Shown here one piece after another: positions 10,994 through 19,608 of a stretch of DNA of 64,000 bases (positions within the stretch are counted from its first letter, which is position 1; every line of letters starts with the position of its first letter). The position numbers and the translations under genes were made by a program. Below the pieces are notes generated by a model, which searched no databases, was not told where the DNA came from, and was given only the letters and a program-made list of their open reading frames with translations. The DNA lies in contig CAVXLD010000005.1 of NCBI GenBank assembly GCA_963762565.1, positions 384,001 to 448,000 of the forward strand, written 5' to 3'. This DNA is from an uncultured Verrucomicrobiae bacterium. Lineage in GTDB: Bacteria > Verrucomicrobiota > Verrucomicrobiia > Chthoniobacterales > JAFAMB01.

Positions 10994-11179
10994 GGAGCTC
11001 GAGCGCTTCGTTCTCCCGACTTCGCTCGCCGACAGAGCTGCCAAACCAGGGAGGTAAAGCTTCGTCGGGCAGGCTGTCCTCGTCGTCGCCGAGGTTCTTG
11101 TGGAGCGCGCCTCGCTTGCGAGGCCGACTCGGTGGAAACCGCGGACGGAGGAAATAGACTGGGGCGAACCGGGCCTTCG

Positions 11180-11785
11180 CTATCTAGCGCGGCGCTGACT
11201 GCGCATGCGATACATGCGCTCCGTGAAACCGCCCTCTTCTAGGAAATGTTTTCCGAGGCTAGCGAGCTGACGATCCAAGAGCGAGCAGGCGACCGCGATC
11301 AGTACGAGGGCGGCGTTCGCGGCGATTTCGCAGTACCGTTGCTGCCGGCGGCTATGAGCGAGACGGCTACGGGTCTCTCTCACCCATCGCGCCACTTCCG
11401 CTGCGCTGCCGCAGCGCGCATCGATGAGTTCTTGTCGTAGTGGCTCTGAAAAGGACCATTCCTTGAATCCTCTTTGGCGGAGAAAGTCTCGATAATCGCG
11501 CTTCAGCTCTTCGAGACTGAACCGTGCCGTATCAGTGAGCTTCAGCTCAGTCTTCTTTGAGGTGCCGCTGGAGGCACTCCCTTCAACGATATTCTGCGTG
11601 CCGCTCCTCGCGGCCTGGACCATCTGATCATGAGTGCGGCTACGTCTTTCGACGTACCGTTCGCAAAAGCGAACCGTCACATCGAAGCAGAGCTCCGCCA
11701 TCTGGAAACTTTTCAGCTTCCGGTACCCGCCATGCGGCGGGATAAGACCATCGCCGTCAGGCGTGTCGTCAGAACGTCTCTCCAT
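11180..11785 (-). CDS. Four-helix-bundle protein (IVS/bAvd-like fold) with C-terminal suffix domain
   Basis: HGGYRKLKSF, RTHDQMVQAARSGTQNIVEGS, ELKLTDTARFSLEEL..DY.DFL; suffix EIAAN...LLDRQL...F..EGGFTERMY. Start taken as ATG 11785. Confidence 0.88.
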   Translation of the reverse strand: MERRSDDTPDGDGLIPPHGGYRKLKSFQMAELCFDVTVRFCERYVERRSRTHDQMVQAARSGTQNIVEGSASSGTSKKTELKLTDTARFSLEELKRDYRDFLRQRGFKEWSFSEPLRQELIDARCGSAAEVARWVRETRSRLAHSRRQQRYCEIAANAALVLIAVACSLLDRQLASLGKHFLEEGGFTERMYRMRSQRRAR

Positions 11786-11799
11786 GGAGAAGAGACATA

Positions 11800-11830
11800 T
11801 ATCATAACATAAAATATTCAAGTTGTATAT
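11800..11830 (-). promoter_or_regulatory. Extended -10 promoter candidate (TGtTATGAT) for the four-helix-bundle gene
   Basis: AT-rich patch; minus strand reads TATACA-17 nt-TATGAT with a TGn extension. Confidence 0.45.
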
Positions 11831-11848
11831 TCGCGGCCCCGCCAGAAT

Positions 11849-11960
11849 AGTAGACAGAGTGGACGTAGTGGACCCAGTAGACGGAGTAGCCACGACGATG
11901 AGCAGCCATCCGCTGTCCACTAGGTCCACTCCCGTCCACTCCGTCCACTCTGTCCACTTC
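11849..11960. repeat. Inverted pair of 9-bp arrays: (AGTGGACnn)5 and (GTCCACTnn)5
   Basis: 11849-11893 and 11915-11960. Confidence 0.9.
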
Positions 11961-12026
11961 CCCCGCATGCCATCCCTTCGCCGCCCCACTCATTGACAAC
12001 CCGCCCCTCCATTCCCATTTTTCTAC

Positions 12027-13013
12027 ATGAAATCTCCCGTCAAGGTCGCCGTGACCGGCGCCGCAGGTCAGATCGGCTATTCGCTTCTCTTCCGGATTGC
12101 TTCCGGGTCAATGCTCGGACCGGATCAACCGGTCGAGCTGTATCTTATCGAAATACCACCGGTATTGCCCGCCCTGGAAGGAGTCGTGATGGAGCTCGAA
12201 GATTGTGCTTTCCCGCTACTAAAGCGGATCGTGCCGACGGCTGACTTGAATGAAGGCTTCAATGGTGTGAACTGGGCGCTCCTGGTAGGAAGCGTTCCCC
12301 GTAAGCAAGGGATGGAACGAAAAGATTTGTTGGGCATTAACGGGAAGATCTTCACCGGGCAAGGACAAGCGATCGCCAAAAATGCCGCCGCGGATATCCG
12401 CATCCTGGTCGTCGGTAACCCATGTAACACCAATTGTCTGATCGCCATGAACAACGCAAATGACATCCCCAGCGATCGTTGGTTTGCAATGACGCGCTTA
12501 GACGAAAACCGGGCCAAAGCCCAACTAGCCACCAAGGCTGGAGTACACAGTTCCCAAGTCACGAATCTCACGATCTGGGGTAACCATTCATCGACCCAGT
12601 ACCCGGATTTTTATAACGCCAAGATCGACGGAAGGCCGGCAACCGAAGTGATCAAAGACGAGGCTTGGTTCAAGGAAACGTTTATCCCTACGGTCCAACA
12701 GCGCGGGGCCGCCATTATCAAAGCCCGCGGCGCTTCTTCGGCCGCATCGGCCGCAAACGCAGCCGTTGACACGGTCCGGAGCTTGGTAACGCCGACGGCC
12801 GCAGGCGACTGGTACAGCGTGGCGATCTGTTCCGATGGAAGCTACGGCGTTGAAAAAGGCCTGATCGCTTCTTTCCCGATCCGGACCAGCGGCGCCGGCC
12901 GGGAAATTGTATCCGGCGTCCCCATCAACGATTTTAGCCGCCAAAAAATCGATCTCTCGGTAAAAGAACTCGCCGAAGAGCGTTCCCTGGTCAGCGAACT
13001 TCTCCCGAAATAA
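12027..13013 (+). CDS. mdh: Malate dehydrogenase (cytosolic-type, MDH family 2)
   Basis: [51 protein letters not shown]. Confidence 0.97.
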   Translation: MKSPVKVAVTGAAGQIGYSLLFRIASGSMLGPDQPVELYLIEIPPVLPALEGVVMELEDCAFPLLKRIVPTADLNEGFNGVNWALLVGSVPRKQGMERKDLLGINGKIFTGQGQAIAKNAAADIRILVVGNPCNTNCLIAMNNANDIPSDRWFAMTRLDENRAKAQLATKAGVHSSQVTNLTIWGNHSSTQYPDFYNAKIDGRPATEVIKDEAWFKETFIPTVQQRGAAIIKARGASSAASAANAAVDTVRSLVTPTAAGDWYSVAICSDGSYGVEKGLIASFPIRTSGAGREIVSGVPINDFSRQKIDLSVKELAEERSLVSELLPK

Positions 13014-13044
13014 TGGAGCGGCCGCGCTCGCGGGGCCCACTGCC

Positions 13045-13090
13045 ATTCCACTGAGTCCACTCCGTCTACTCAGTCCACTTAGGTCCACTA
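13045..13090 (+). repeat. 9-bp array GTCCACTnn; further copies at 13447-13492, 14782-14817 and a degenerate one at 3849-3875
   Basis: ttccactga gtccactcc gtctactca gtccactta ggtccacta. Confidence 0.85.
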
Positions 13091-13096
13091 AACCCC

Positions 13097-13133
13097 AAAA
13101 CGCCGACACGCCCTCGTGGCGTATCGGCGTTTT
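13097..13133. terminator. Hairpin, possibly a bidirectional terminator between mdh and the patatin gene
   Basis: AAAACGCCGACACGCC ctcgt GGCGTATCGGCGTTTT; built from the 8-bp repeat unit. Confidence 0.55.
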
Positions 13134-13490
13134 CCCGACGTCTATCCCTGACCATCTACGTGTAACCAATGCCGGCCACACTTGGATGCTTTCCTTTGCC
13201 TGAATCCTCTTTGCGCGCAACGTCGGCTGTTCAACGCCGGGATTGAAATATTTCTTTCGAATGCGGACGATAGGCTGGGCCTATAGCAAGAGCGCTGAGA
13301 TGGCGACTGCGCGTTAGCTAGGCGGCGTTAAATCGCCTTGGTTCAGTGTTGGACAATGTGCGCCTTCGCCGAAGCGCTTGTTATGGAGCGGCCTCACTTC
13401 CGCCTTCGCCAAGCCTACGGCGCGACAAGGTGCGAGGCCAACTTATGTCCACTCCTGTCCACTGCGTCCACTCCGTCCACTCCCGTCCGC

Positions 13491-14720
13491 TCACCGATAC
13501 AACCGCGGCGGCGTATGTTGCCAGGGGTCCCCACGTACACCTTCCGCGTGCCCTAAATCAAAGAGAGCCAACATATATTTTTGGTCGACTAAACCGACGC
13601 TTTTGACTTCGAAGCTATTAGGAATGTAGGCCAGGTTAAAAGTGTATCCCTCATCCTTGGCGAAGACGTACGAGTTGAGGATGGTGTCGTAGAAAGAGCT
13701 CTTCACTAAAGTGTTAAAGGCCCGAGCTGCGATATTGAATGTTTTGGGCTTGGTGACGGCAAAATCCGGGTCAAGGTTATTATTGATGATGACGTAAATT
13801 TGGCCGCCATTATGGCCACTACCTTGGCCGCTGTCGCCACTACCTTGGCCGCTGTCGCCACTACCTTGGCCGCTGTCGCCACTACCTTGGCCGCCGTTGC
13901 CACCAGCCTCGCCGCTGTTATGGCCGTCAACTTGGCTGGTAGCGGCCAACAATCGTACCGGCACAGCAAACAGCGGGTAAGCGGTCCCTCCGTCCACATG
14001 CATCTCTTTAAAATGGTGTCCGTTTGCCTCCGCATCGATATAAATGGGATCGAATGCGCCCGCTACGCTGGCTGAAGCCACGAGCACTTTGCGGAACAAT
14101 TCCAAGGCTTGAGGATGACCGCTGGCCGCCAGAGCGCCCATGTTCCAGAGCACAGGCCGCTGAGCGTCCAGATTAGTCGTGATAACGAAAAGACGTCTCC
14201 CGTTGCGATACGCGGTAGCAATGTCGTCGAGCACCTTTTGATCGATCTGACTCGCTACAAGCCGTTGTAGCGGAGCTGTGCTGTACAATCCTTGCCCGAA
14301 CAGCCCCAGGAAAGGATTCCCTGAAAAGACACTATGGAACGTCATCTGCGTATAGAGTGTCTTAAGCCGTTCGTCGTATTGCCGTCCGAGAAAGGCAAAC
14401 GGAGACATGAGTGCGCCCGTTGAAACCCCGGTCACAATATCGAAACTCGGGCGATGTCCACTCTCGCTCCAGCCGCACAGTAAGCCGGCTCCGAAGGCGC
14501 CGTGTTCACCGCCACCGGAAAGGGCAAGCATCGAAACCGGTTGCCCAGTGAGCAGGGGACCTAAGTTTGCTAGCTGGGTTCGAAGCACAGAAAGCGGCGC
14601 ATCTCCCCAGGCGCGTACTCCGGGGATCCCCATCGGTAACGCGTTTTCTAGTTCCGCTTCGGTGTATGGCATCCGCTGTTCTGCAGTTGCCGGGATAGCC
14701 GTGCTTACGAGGAGAAGCAC
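13491..14720 (-). CDS. Patatin-like phospholipase, probably exported
   Basis: LALSGGGEHGAFGAG, VTGVSTGA (GxSxG), HVDGG. Start uncertain. Confidence 0.88.
   Translation of the reverse strand: MLLLVSTAIPATAEQRMPYTEAELENALPMGIPGVRAWGDAPLSVLRTQLANLGPLLTGQPVSMLALSGGGEHGAFGAGLLCGWSESGHRPSFDIVTGVSTGALMSPFAFLGRQYDERLKTLYTQMTFHSVFSGNPFLGLFGQGLYSTAPLQRLVASQIDQKVLDDIATAYRNGRRLFVITTNLDAQRPVLWNMGALAASGHPQALELFRKVLVASASVAGAFDPIYIDAEANGHHFKEMHVDGGTAYPLFAVPVRLLAATSQVDGHNSGEAGGNGGQGSGDSGQGSGDSGQGSGDSGQGSGHNGGQIYVIINNNLDPDFAVTKPKTFNIAARAFNTLVKSSFYDTILNSYVFAKDEGYTFNLAYIPNSFEVKSVGLVDQKYMLALFDLGHAEGVRGDPWQHTPPRLYR
13815..13898 (-). repeat. In-frame 21-bp tandem repeat x4 (GQGSGDS)
   Basis: gccactaccttggccgctgtc x3 plus one variant. 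Confidence 0.92.
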
Positions 14721-14884
14721 GGAGAGGCCGTAACAAATCGAGCATGACCGAAGTTTTGCATCCGTTCGAAAGTTGTTTCTCGTCTACTAAGTCCAGTCCG
14801 TCCACTAAGTCCACTTCCTGCAGGCGCGAATTTTAGCTTGCAACAAACGCTTCTCCCTCTACTTTTCTTTTCCTCTGATTCTCA

Positions 14885-14957
14885 GCACCGTTAGCTCAAT
14901 TGGCAGAGCAAGTGACTCTTAATCACTGGGTTGTAGGTTCGATTCCTACACGGTGCA
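14885..14957 (+). tRNA. tRNA-Lys (anticodon CTT), CCA not encoded
   Basis: Acceptor GCACCGT/ACGGTGC, D-arm GCTC/GAGC, anticodon arm AGTGA-CTCTTAA-TCACT, T-arm GTAGG-TTCGATT-CCTAC. Confidence 0.97.
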
Positions 14958-15395
14958 TGGCTCAGTATCAAGTACTTACGTATGTTTTTACGTAAGTTAG
15001 CAAGCTCGCTTTTTTTGGTATCTTAGCCACTTTTTTGACTGATCCGAGTTAAGAAACTCCGTTCACACCTGAACGCTATCACTCCGGCCTGGTCTGCGGA
15101 AGGTCAGCATCCACGCGCTGGCGCCGGATCCATCAATCAAGTGCGACGTGGCCGGAGTTTACCTCACGGCCGCATCACGCTTTGTGCGCAGACGCATCAG
15201 AAACAGACTTGGCCTCGCTTTGGAGTTTTTCTTCGAGTCGGCGCGTGCAACCACACTCCGAACACGCCCACGGTTCGGTGCCGTTCAAATGCGGCAGTTC
15301 CGACGCGCGTGCGCGGCATTCGCGATTAGCACGAACGGAAACGTAATAATTGCGATTTTCGGTTGAAGTTTCTAGGAGACCCGCTCTCGAAGAAG

Positions 15396-15430
15396 TGAAG
15401 TGTGTTCAGTAGTCGACTGAACATTTTTCA
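15396..15430. promoter_or_regulatory. Doubled LysR-type box TGAA-N5-TTCA-N9-TGAA-N5-TTCA (also 19010-19044, 19270-19304, 19430-19464)
   Basis: Four copies with identical spacing; each half fits T-N11-A. Confidence 0.65.
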
Positions 15431-15534
15431 GTTTCGCAAAAGCGAGGCGTCGGGAACTTGCAATAATGTTTTGGAGTTCGTCGCTAGGACGCGGCCAATT
15501 ATCAGACAGAAAGAAAACATTCTGCTATTGCTAT

Positions 15535-15918
15535 ATGGACCCTCTTGACTACACGAACTCCCTTCAACCATCTGACTTCGGCGAGAAGTTAGTAGAGCGC
15601 AAAGAGTCTGCGCGTCACGCTCTGCGTCAGACATCCAGCCAAGAATTGCACGAGCTGGTTCGCACGCTATTTCCCGATGGAACCCATCCGTGGGCCGCAG
15701 AATTCTCGAAATTCATTGACGAACACCGGGCGGAATCCCCGGTTCGAGGTGAAACGTCTGACGGGTTTGTGTTCGTTTATTATCCGCAATCCAATTGCGG
15801 AATCTGGTATAAGTATTTCGGTGAGTTACCGGCTGTGGGATTGCTTGGGCCATCCAACCTTCGCATGATTAGCGAAATCATGGCTGAATCCAGCGGAAGC
15901 CAGACGACTGGTCACTGA
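15535..15918 (+). CDS. Hypothetical protein
   Basis: Globular-looking ORF from MDPLDYT, downstream of a duplicated regulatory block. Confidence 0.6.
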   Translation: MDPLDYTNSLQPSDFGEKLVERKESARHALRQTSSQELHELVRTLFPDGTHPWAAEFSKFIDEHRAESPVRGETSDGFVFVYYPQSNCGIWYKYFGELPAVGLLGPSNLRMISEIMAESSGSQTTGH

Positions 15919-16031
15919 AAGTGTTTGCTTGCGCATGGCTGGTGTTGAGGTCTCGAGGCTTCCCGTATTCCACCTGGCAAAACTTGTGCAAACGTGAGGT
16001 CACGCTGTTAATCGGCTGAAGCCATTGCCGG

Positions 16032-17375
16032 ATGGACTACTCCAGCCACACTTATCCTAGAGAGCTTGCGGAACGAATCATTTCTGAATGGCCGGAGGTT
16101 ACGAACCCTTTGGACGATCTGCCTCCTAAGGAGGCTCTTATTTCTCTTTTGAACGAAGCATTTCAGGCAAGTTTGCTGCGGGAAGAGAGCCGGCCTATCA
16201 CATGTCGCTTGATTCTAATTAATCCCTCCGAACTCAGCGAGGCGGAGGGTCCGCCGACGGGGATGCATGTTTTACAGCTGGAAGACGAAAGGAAATTAAG
16301 TGCGCAAGAAATTCGGCGGCTTAGCCCTTGTGCAACATTTTATCGTTCGCTAATTGGTATCCGCTGGGATTCCGAAGAGGGCTTCCGGATCTGGGCAATA
16401 TTAAACTCTGGTACTCGCTGGGTGGCCCGAATCGATGGAGGTCGTTTGCAAAGTTCAGCCGCCCCAGGTCGTCTGACCATTCATGTCAGCGGGCCCGGTA
16501 ACTTGATCATCTCCCGAGGTGACAACCTGATCACCACGCTGCTGAATGGCAGGCTGGAAGGTCATGGATTTGATATTTATGAAGCGCGTTGGCTACAGAA
16601 ATCTCAAGAGGCCTTCGAACAGTGGGCAATTCGAGAATGTTTTAGGGATCACGACAGAGGTGCCATCGTCGAATCGGATTTCGTCAACATGCTTGGCCAA
16701 AACTTCACGCGCCGGATAATCAGCAAAGTCAGACGCGCTCGGCATGGCGGTATGCTTATTATCGTCAGAACGAAAGACGCTGCGAAAATTGTCGATCCGC
16801 TAGGCCTAATCTGGCCAAAATATTGGGTCAAAGAGACTCGGGCCAGACATCGTTGTCGCGACCTTCTTTTCTCCGTGATGCGGACACTATCGCAAGTGGG
16901 AGCTGAACGCGGCTTGAAGAAAGTCGGTTGGAAAGATTACCAGGAGCTCGAGGATCAGCGCCTGACGCGATTGGACGAGTCGATTTTTGAGTGCGCAAAT
17001 TTCTTGGCCGATCTTATGGCGGTGGACGGTGCTTTGGTGGTGACGGATGCCTGGGATATCATCGGGTTCGGGGCAGAAATTCACGGTCCCAGTAACCGGA
17101 ATGAAGTGATTTATCGAGCGCTAGCTCTTGAAGGCACGAAACTTGTCGGAGAACGCACGGATGAGGCGGGCACGCGACATCGAGCTGCGTACCGGCTGAG
17201 CCGTCAGCACCCAGAATGCATGATTATCGTCATTTCACAAGACGGTGCTGCTAGGTATGTGGGTAATCTAAACGGGAAGGTTATCTACTGGGAACTCGGT
17301 TCGTTTAAACCCCGAGCCCGAAATTCGGCGTCATCGCCCTCGTCCTCGATAATTGGGGCGCAAATGCGAGAGTAA
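16032..17375 (+). CDS. DisA_N/diadenylate-cyclase (DAC) domain protein with an N-terminal putative sensor domain (DACNV-like)
   Basis: C-terminal AVDGALVV, GFGAEI, GTRHRAA and VISQDG motifs; N-terminal AFQASLLREE.RP. Confidence 0.75.
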   Translation: MDYSSHTYPRELAERIISEWPEVTNPLDDLPPKEALISLLNEAFQASLLREESRPITCRLILINPSELSEAEGPPTGMHVLQLEDERKLSAQEIRRLSPCATFYRSLIGIRWDSEEGFRIWAILNSGTRWVARIDGGRLQSSAAPGRLTIHVSGPGNLIISRGDNLITTLLNGRLEGHGFDIYEARWLQKSQEAFEQWAIRECFRDHDRGAIVESDFVNMLGQNFTRRIISKVRRARHGGMLIIVRTKDAAKIVDPLGLIWPKYWVKETRARHRCRDLLFSVMRTLSQVGAERGLKKVGWKDYQELEDQRLTRLDESIFECANFLADLMAVDGALVVTDAWDIIGFGAEIHGPSNRNEVIYRALALEGTKLVGERTDEAGTRHRAAYRLSRQHPECMIIVISQDGAARYVGNLNGKVIYWELGSFKPRARNSASSPSSSIIGAQMRE

Positions 17376-17405
17376 TCTTGGTAAAACCCGAGCATTGATT
17401 GGGCG

Positions 17406-18434
17406 TTAGTTGCCGAAGTCGAGCACGACGCGCCCCTCGATCTGTCCCTCGCGCATCCGCTCGAACACTTCGTTAATGTCCTCGAGCCGTTCCGTTTGAA
17501 CCGTCGCCTTTACCGAACCCTTCTCGGCGAAGGCCAAGGCCTCCTGCAAGTCGAGCCTGGTTCCGACGATCGACCCGCGAAGGGTAATGCCCTCAAGCAC
17601 CATGTTGATAATCGGCAGAGGGAAAGAGCCTGGGGGCAGGCCATTCAGGACGATCGTCCCGCCGCGGCGGACCATGCCCAGAGCCTGCTCGAACGCCTCC
17701 GGAGAGGGGGCGGTTACAAGCACGCCATGCGCTCCGCCGATTTCCTGCTTCAGGTAGGTGGCGGGGTCGGTGCCGCGGGCATTGACCGCTACGGCTGCAC
17801 CAAGTTGGTGGGCGAGGTCGAGCTTGCGATCTTCCACATCGACTGCCGCGACGTTTAGGCCCATCGCTCTGGCGTACTGGATGGCCATGTGCCCGAGACC
17901 GCCGACGCCGGAGACCACGACCCAGTCGCCCGGTCGGGTGCCCGACACCTTCAGGCCCTTGTACACGGTAATGCCCGCGCACAGAATTGGCGCGATCTGG
18001 ACGAAGTCCACGTTGGAGGGCAGGTGACCGATGTAGTTGGCGTCTGCGACCACATACTCGGCGAAGGCGCCGTTAACCGAGTACCCGGTGTTCTTCTGCG
18101 CCTCGCACAGCGTTTCCCAGCCGGACCAGCAGTAGGAGCAGTGACCACAGGCGGAGTGCAGCCACGGTACGCCGACCCGGTCGCCCTCGCTCACGTGCGT
18201 TACCCCGGGGCCGACGACCGCCACGTTCCCCACGCCCTCATGCCCCGGAATAAAGGGAGGGTTCGGCTTGACTGGCCAGTTGCCGCTGACCGCATGTAGA
18301 TCGGTCCCGCACACGCCGCATGCCCGAATCTTTACCAGCACCTGGCCAGGCCCCGGCTGGGGGATTGGCACCTCCTCGATCTCCAGTGGCTTACCGAACT
18401 CGCGCACGATTGCGGCTTTCATTGTTCTTTTCAT
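17406..18434 (-). CDS. adhP: Zn-dependent alcohol dehydrogenase (AdhP type)
   Basis: CGVC.TDLH, PGHEGVG, CGHCSYC...C, APILCAG, GVGGLG, GSIVGTR, GRVVL. Confidence 0.93.
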   Translation of the reverse strand: MKRTMKAAIVREFGKPLEIEEVPIPQPGPGQVLVKIRACGVCGTDLHAVSGNWPVKPNPPFIPGHEGVGNVAVVGPGVTHVSEGDRVGVPWLHSACGHCSYCWSGWETLCEAQKNTGYSVNGAFAEYVVADANYIGHLPSNVDFVQIAPILCAGITVYKGLKVSGTRPGDWVVVSGVGGLGHMAIQYARAMGLNVAAVDVEDRKLDLAHQLGAAVAVNARGTDPATYLKQEIGGAHGVLVTAPSPEAFEQALGMVRRGGTIVLNGLPPGSFPLPIINMVLEGITLRGSIVGTRLDLQEALAFAEKGSVKATVQTERLEDINEVFERMREGQIEGRVVLDFGN

Positions 18435-18510
18435 AATCGTAGTCGCATCCGATTTTCAGCCTTAGGTCAGAACAGATTTAAGATACCCTGGAACAGGCAT
18501 TCCGGAAAAA

Positions 18511-18972
18511 TCAAGGCGCTAAAGGTCCAGTGTGTAGATCCAAAGCCGCTTGGCGTTTTAATTCAAAGCTTACCTTAACCGGTGAACTATTCCTGAGTAC
18601 CTTGCCTCCCTCAATGTCAAATCGAGTGCCCTGCGGTTCAGTGTAAGACAAGACTTCCACGTCTCCCGTTGCATCATAAGCGACCGAGAAATCTGTGACT
18701 AAATCAGCTACAACAAATGGGTGGTCGCCGACGATTACTCTGTTTTTCTCCTCGATTACCACCAGTCCTGTCCTCACTTTCGAATTTATCCAGTCGGTTC
18801 TCTCAGCGACCGGCCTCGTTGGAGAGTTGTAATATAGGCTGTATAGGTACTCCTTGACCTTCTCTGCCTTCCAGCGCCACGGGAGGACCTGGAAAAAGTC
18901 TTGCAAAACGGAGGCTTTTCCCGCAAATCGCCATCGAACTACCCAACAATGTCCAGTCTCTTCTTTGTCCAT
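18511..18972 (-). CDS. Hypothetical protein (truncated paralog at 35219-35479)
   Basis: ORF from MDKEETG; the paralog keeps the frame and amino acids despite many DNA differences. Confidence 0.7.
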   Translation of the reverse strand: MDKEETGHCWVVRWRFAGKASVLQDFFQVLPWRWKAEKVKEYLYSLYYNSPTRPVAERTDWINSKVRTGLVVIEEKNRVIVGDHPFVVADLVTDFSVAYDATGDVEVLSYTEPQGTRFDIEGGKVLRNSSPVKVSFELKRQAALDLHTGPLAP

Positions 18973-19608
18973 CAATGGAAGTTTGATCGCAATTTCCAGG
19001 TTGGGAAAATGAAAGATGTTCAGCGACTGACTGAACAAGTCTCACTTTTCTAACTATACCCGCTTGGCGGCAGAGGAAGCGGACCAGCCCTCTTAAGCCG
19101 AGAAAACAAAAGAAGGGTGGCTTTGGTCAAATCATGATTAGCAACCAACAATCACCGTTCTAAACTGGAGTGGAACATCGTATGCACTCGTCCCGGAAGA
19201 ATGGCGGTCGGGATCATAGTAGTTCCGGTTTCCGATTCAACGTCTAACCGGGACCTGCTCTCAGGGAAATGAAGAGTATTCAGTAATCGACTAAACATTG
19301 TTAAGTTTCGCAAAAGCGAAGCGTAGGAAACTTGCAACGATGCTTTGGAGTTAGTCACTAGGACGAGGACAATCATCAGACAGAAAGGAAAACATTCTGC
19401 TCGTTTCAGAAGCAGTACGAACAGTTAGCTGAAAGAAGCTCAGTCATGAACTGAATACCTTTCACTTTCGTAAAAGCAGCGCCTCAGGAAAGTCACTATA
19501 CGGAAAACAAGAGACGCGACCGGGACAAGAACACGTTCCGGAACACGTTCCGACCCACGCCTGAAAATTTGCTGCGACTATTTTACTTAAACCCATCCGA
19601 CTCACGAA

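Noticed and set aside
11786..11989. N-terminal extension of the four-helix-bundle ORF (WTEWTEWT)
   Set aside because: It is translation of the nonamer arrays; family similarity starts after ATG 11785.
11993..12027. Leaderless mdh promoter (TTGACA-17-CATTTT)
   Set aside because: The -35 is perfect but the -10 is poor; cannot be supported without TSS data.
8325..14817. Tandem arrays as a CRISPR array
   Set aside because: Units are 7-9 bp with no unique spacers, and no cas genes are present.
15030..15390. Integrase remnant next to the tRNA
   Set aside because: The short ORFs there show no tyrosine-recombinase motifs that I can recognise.
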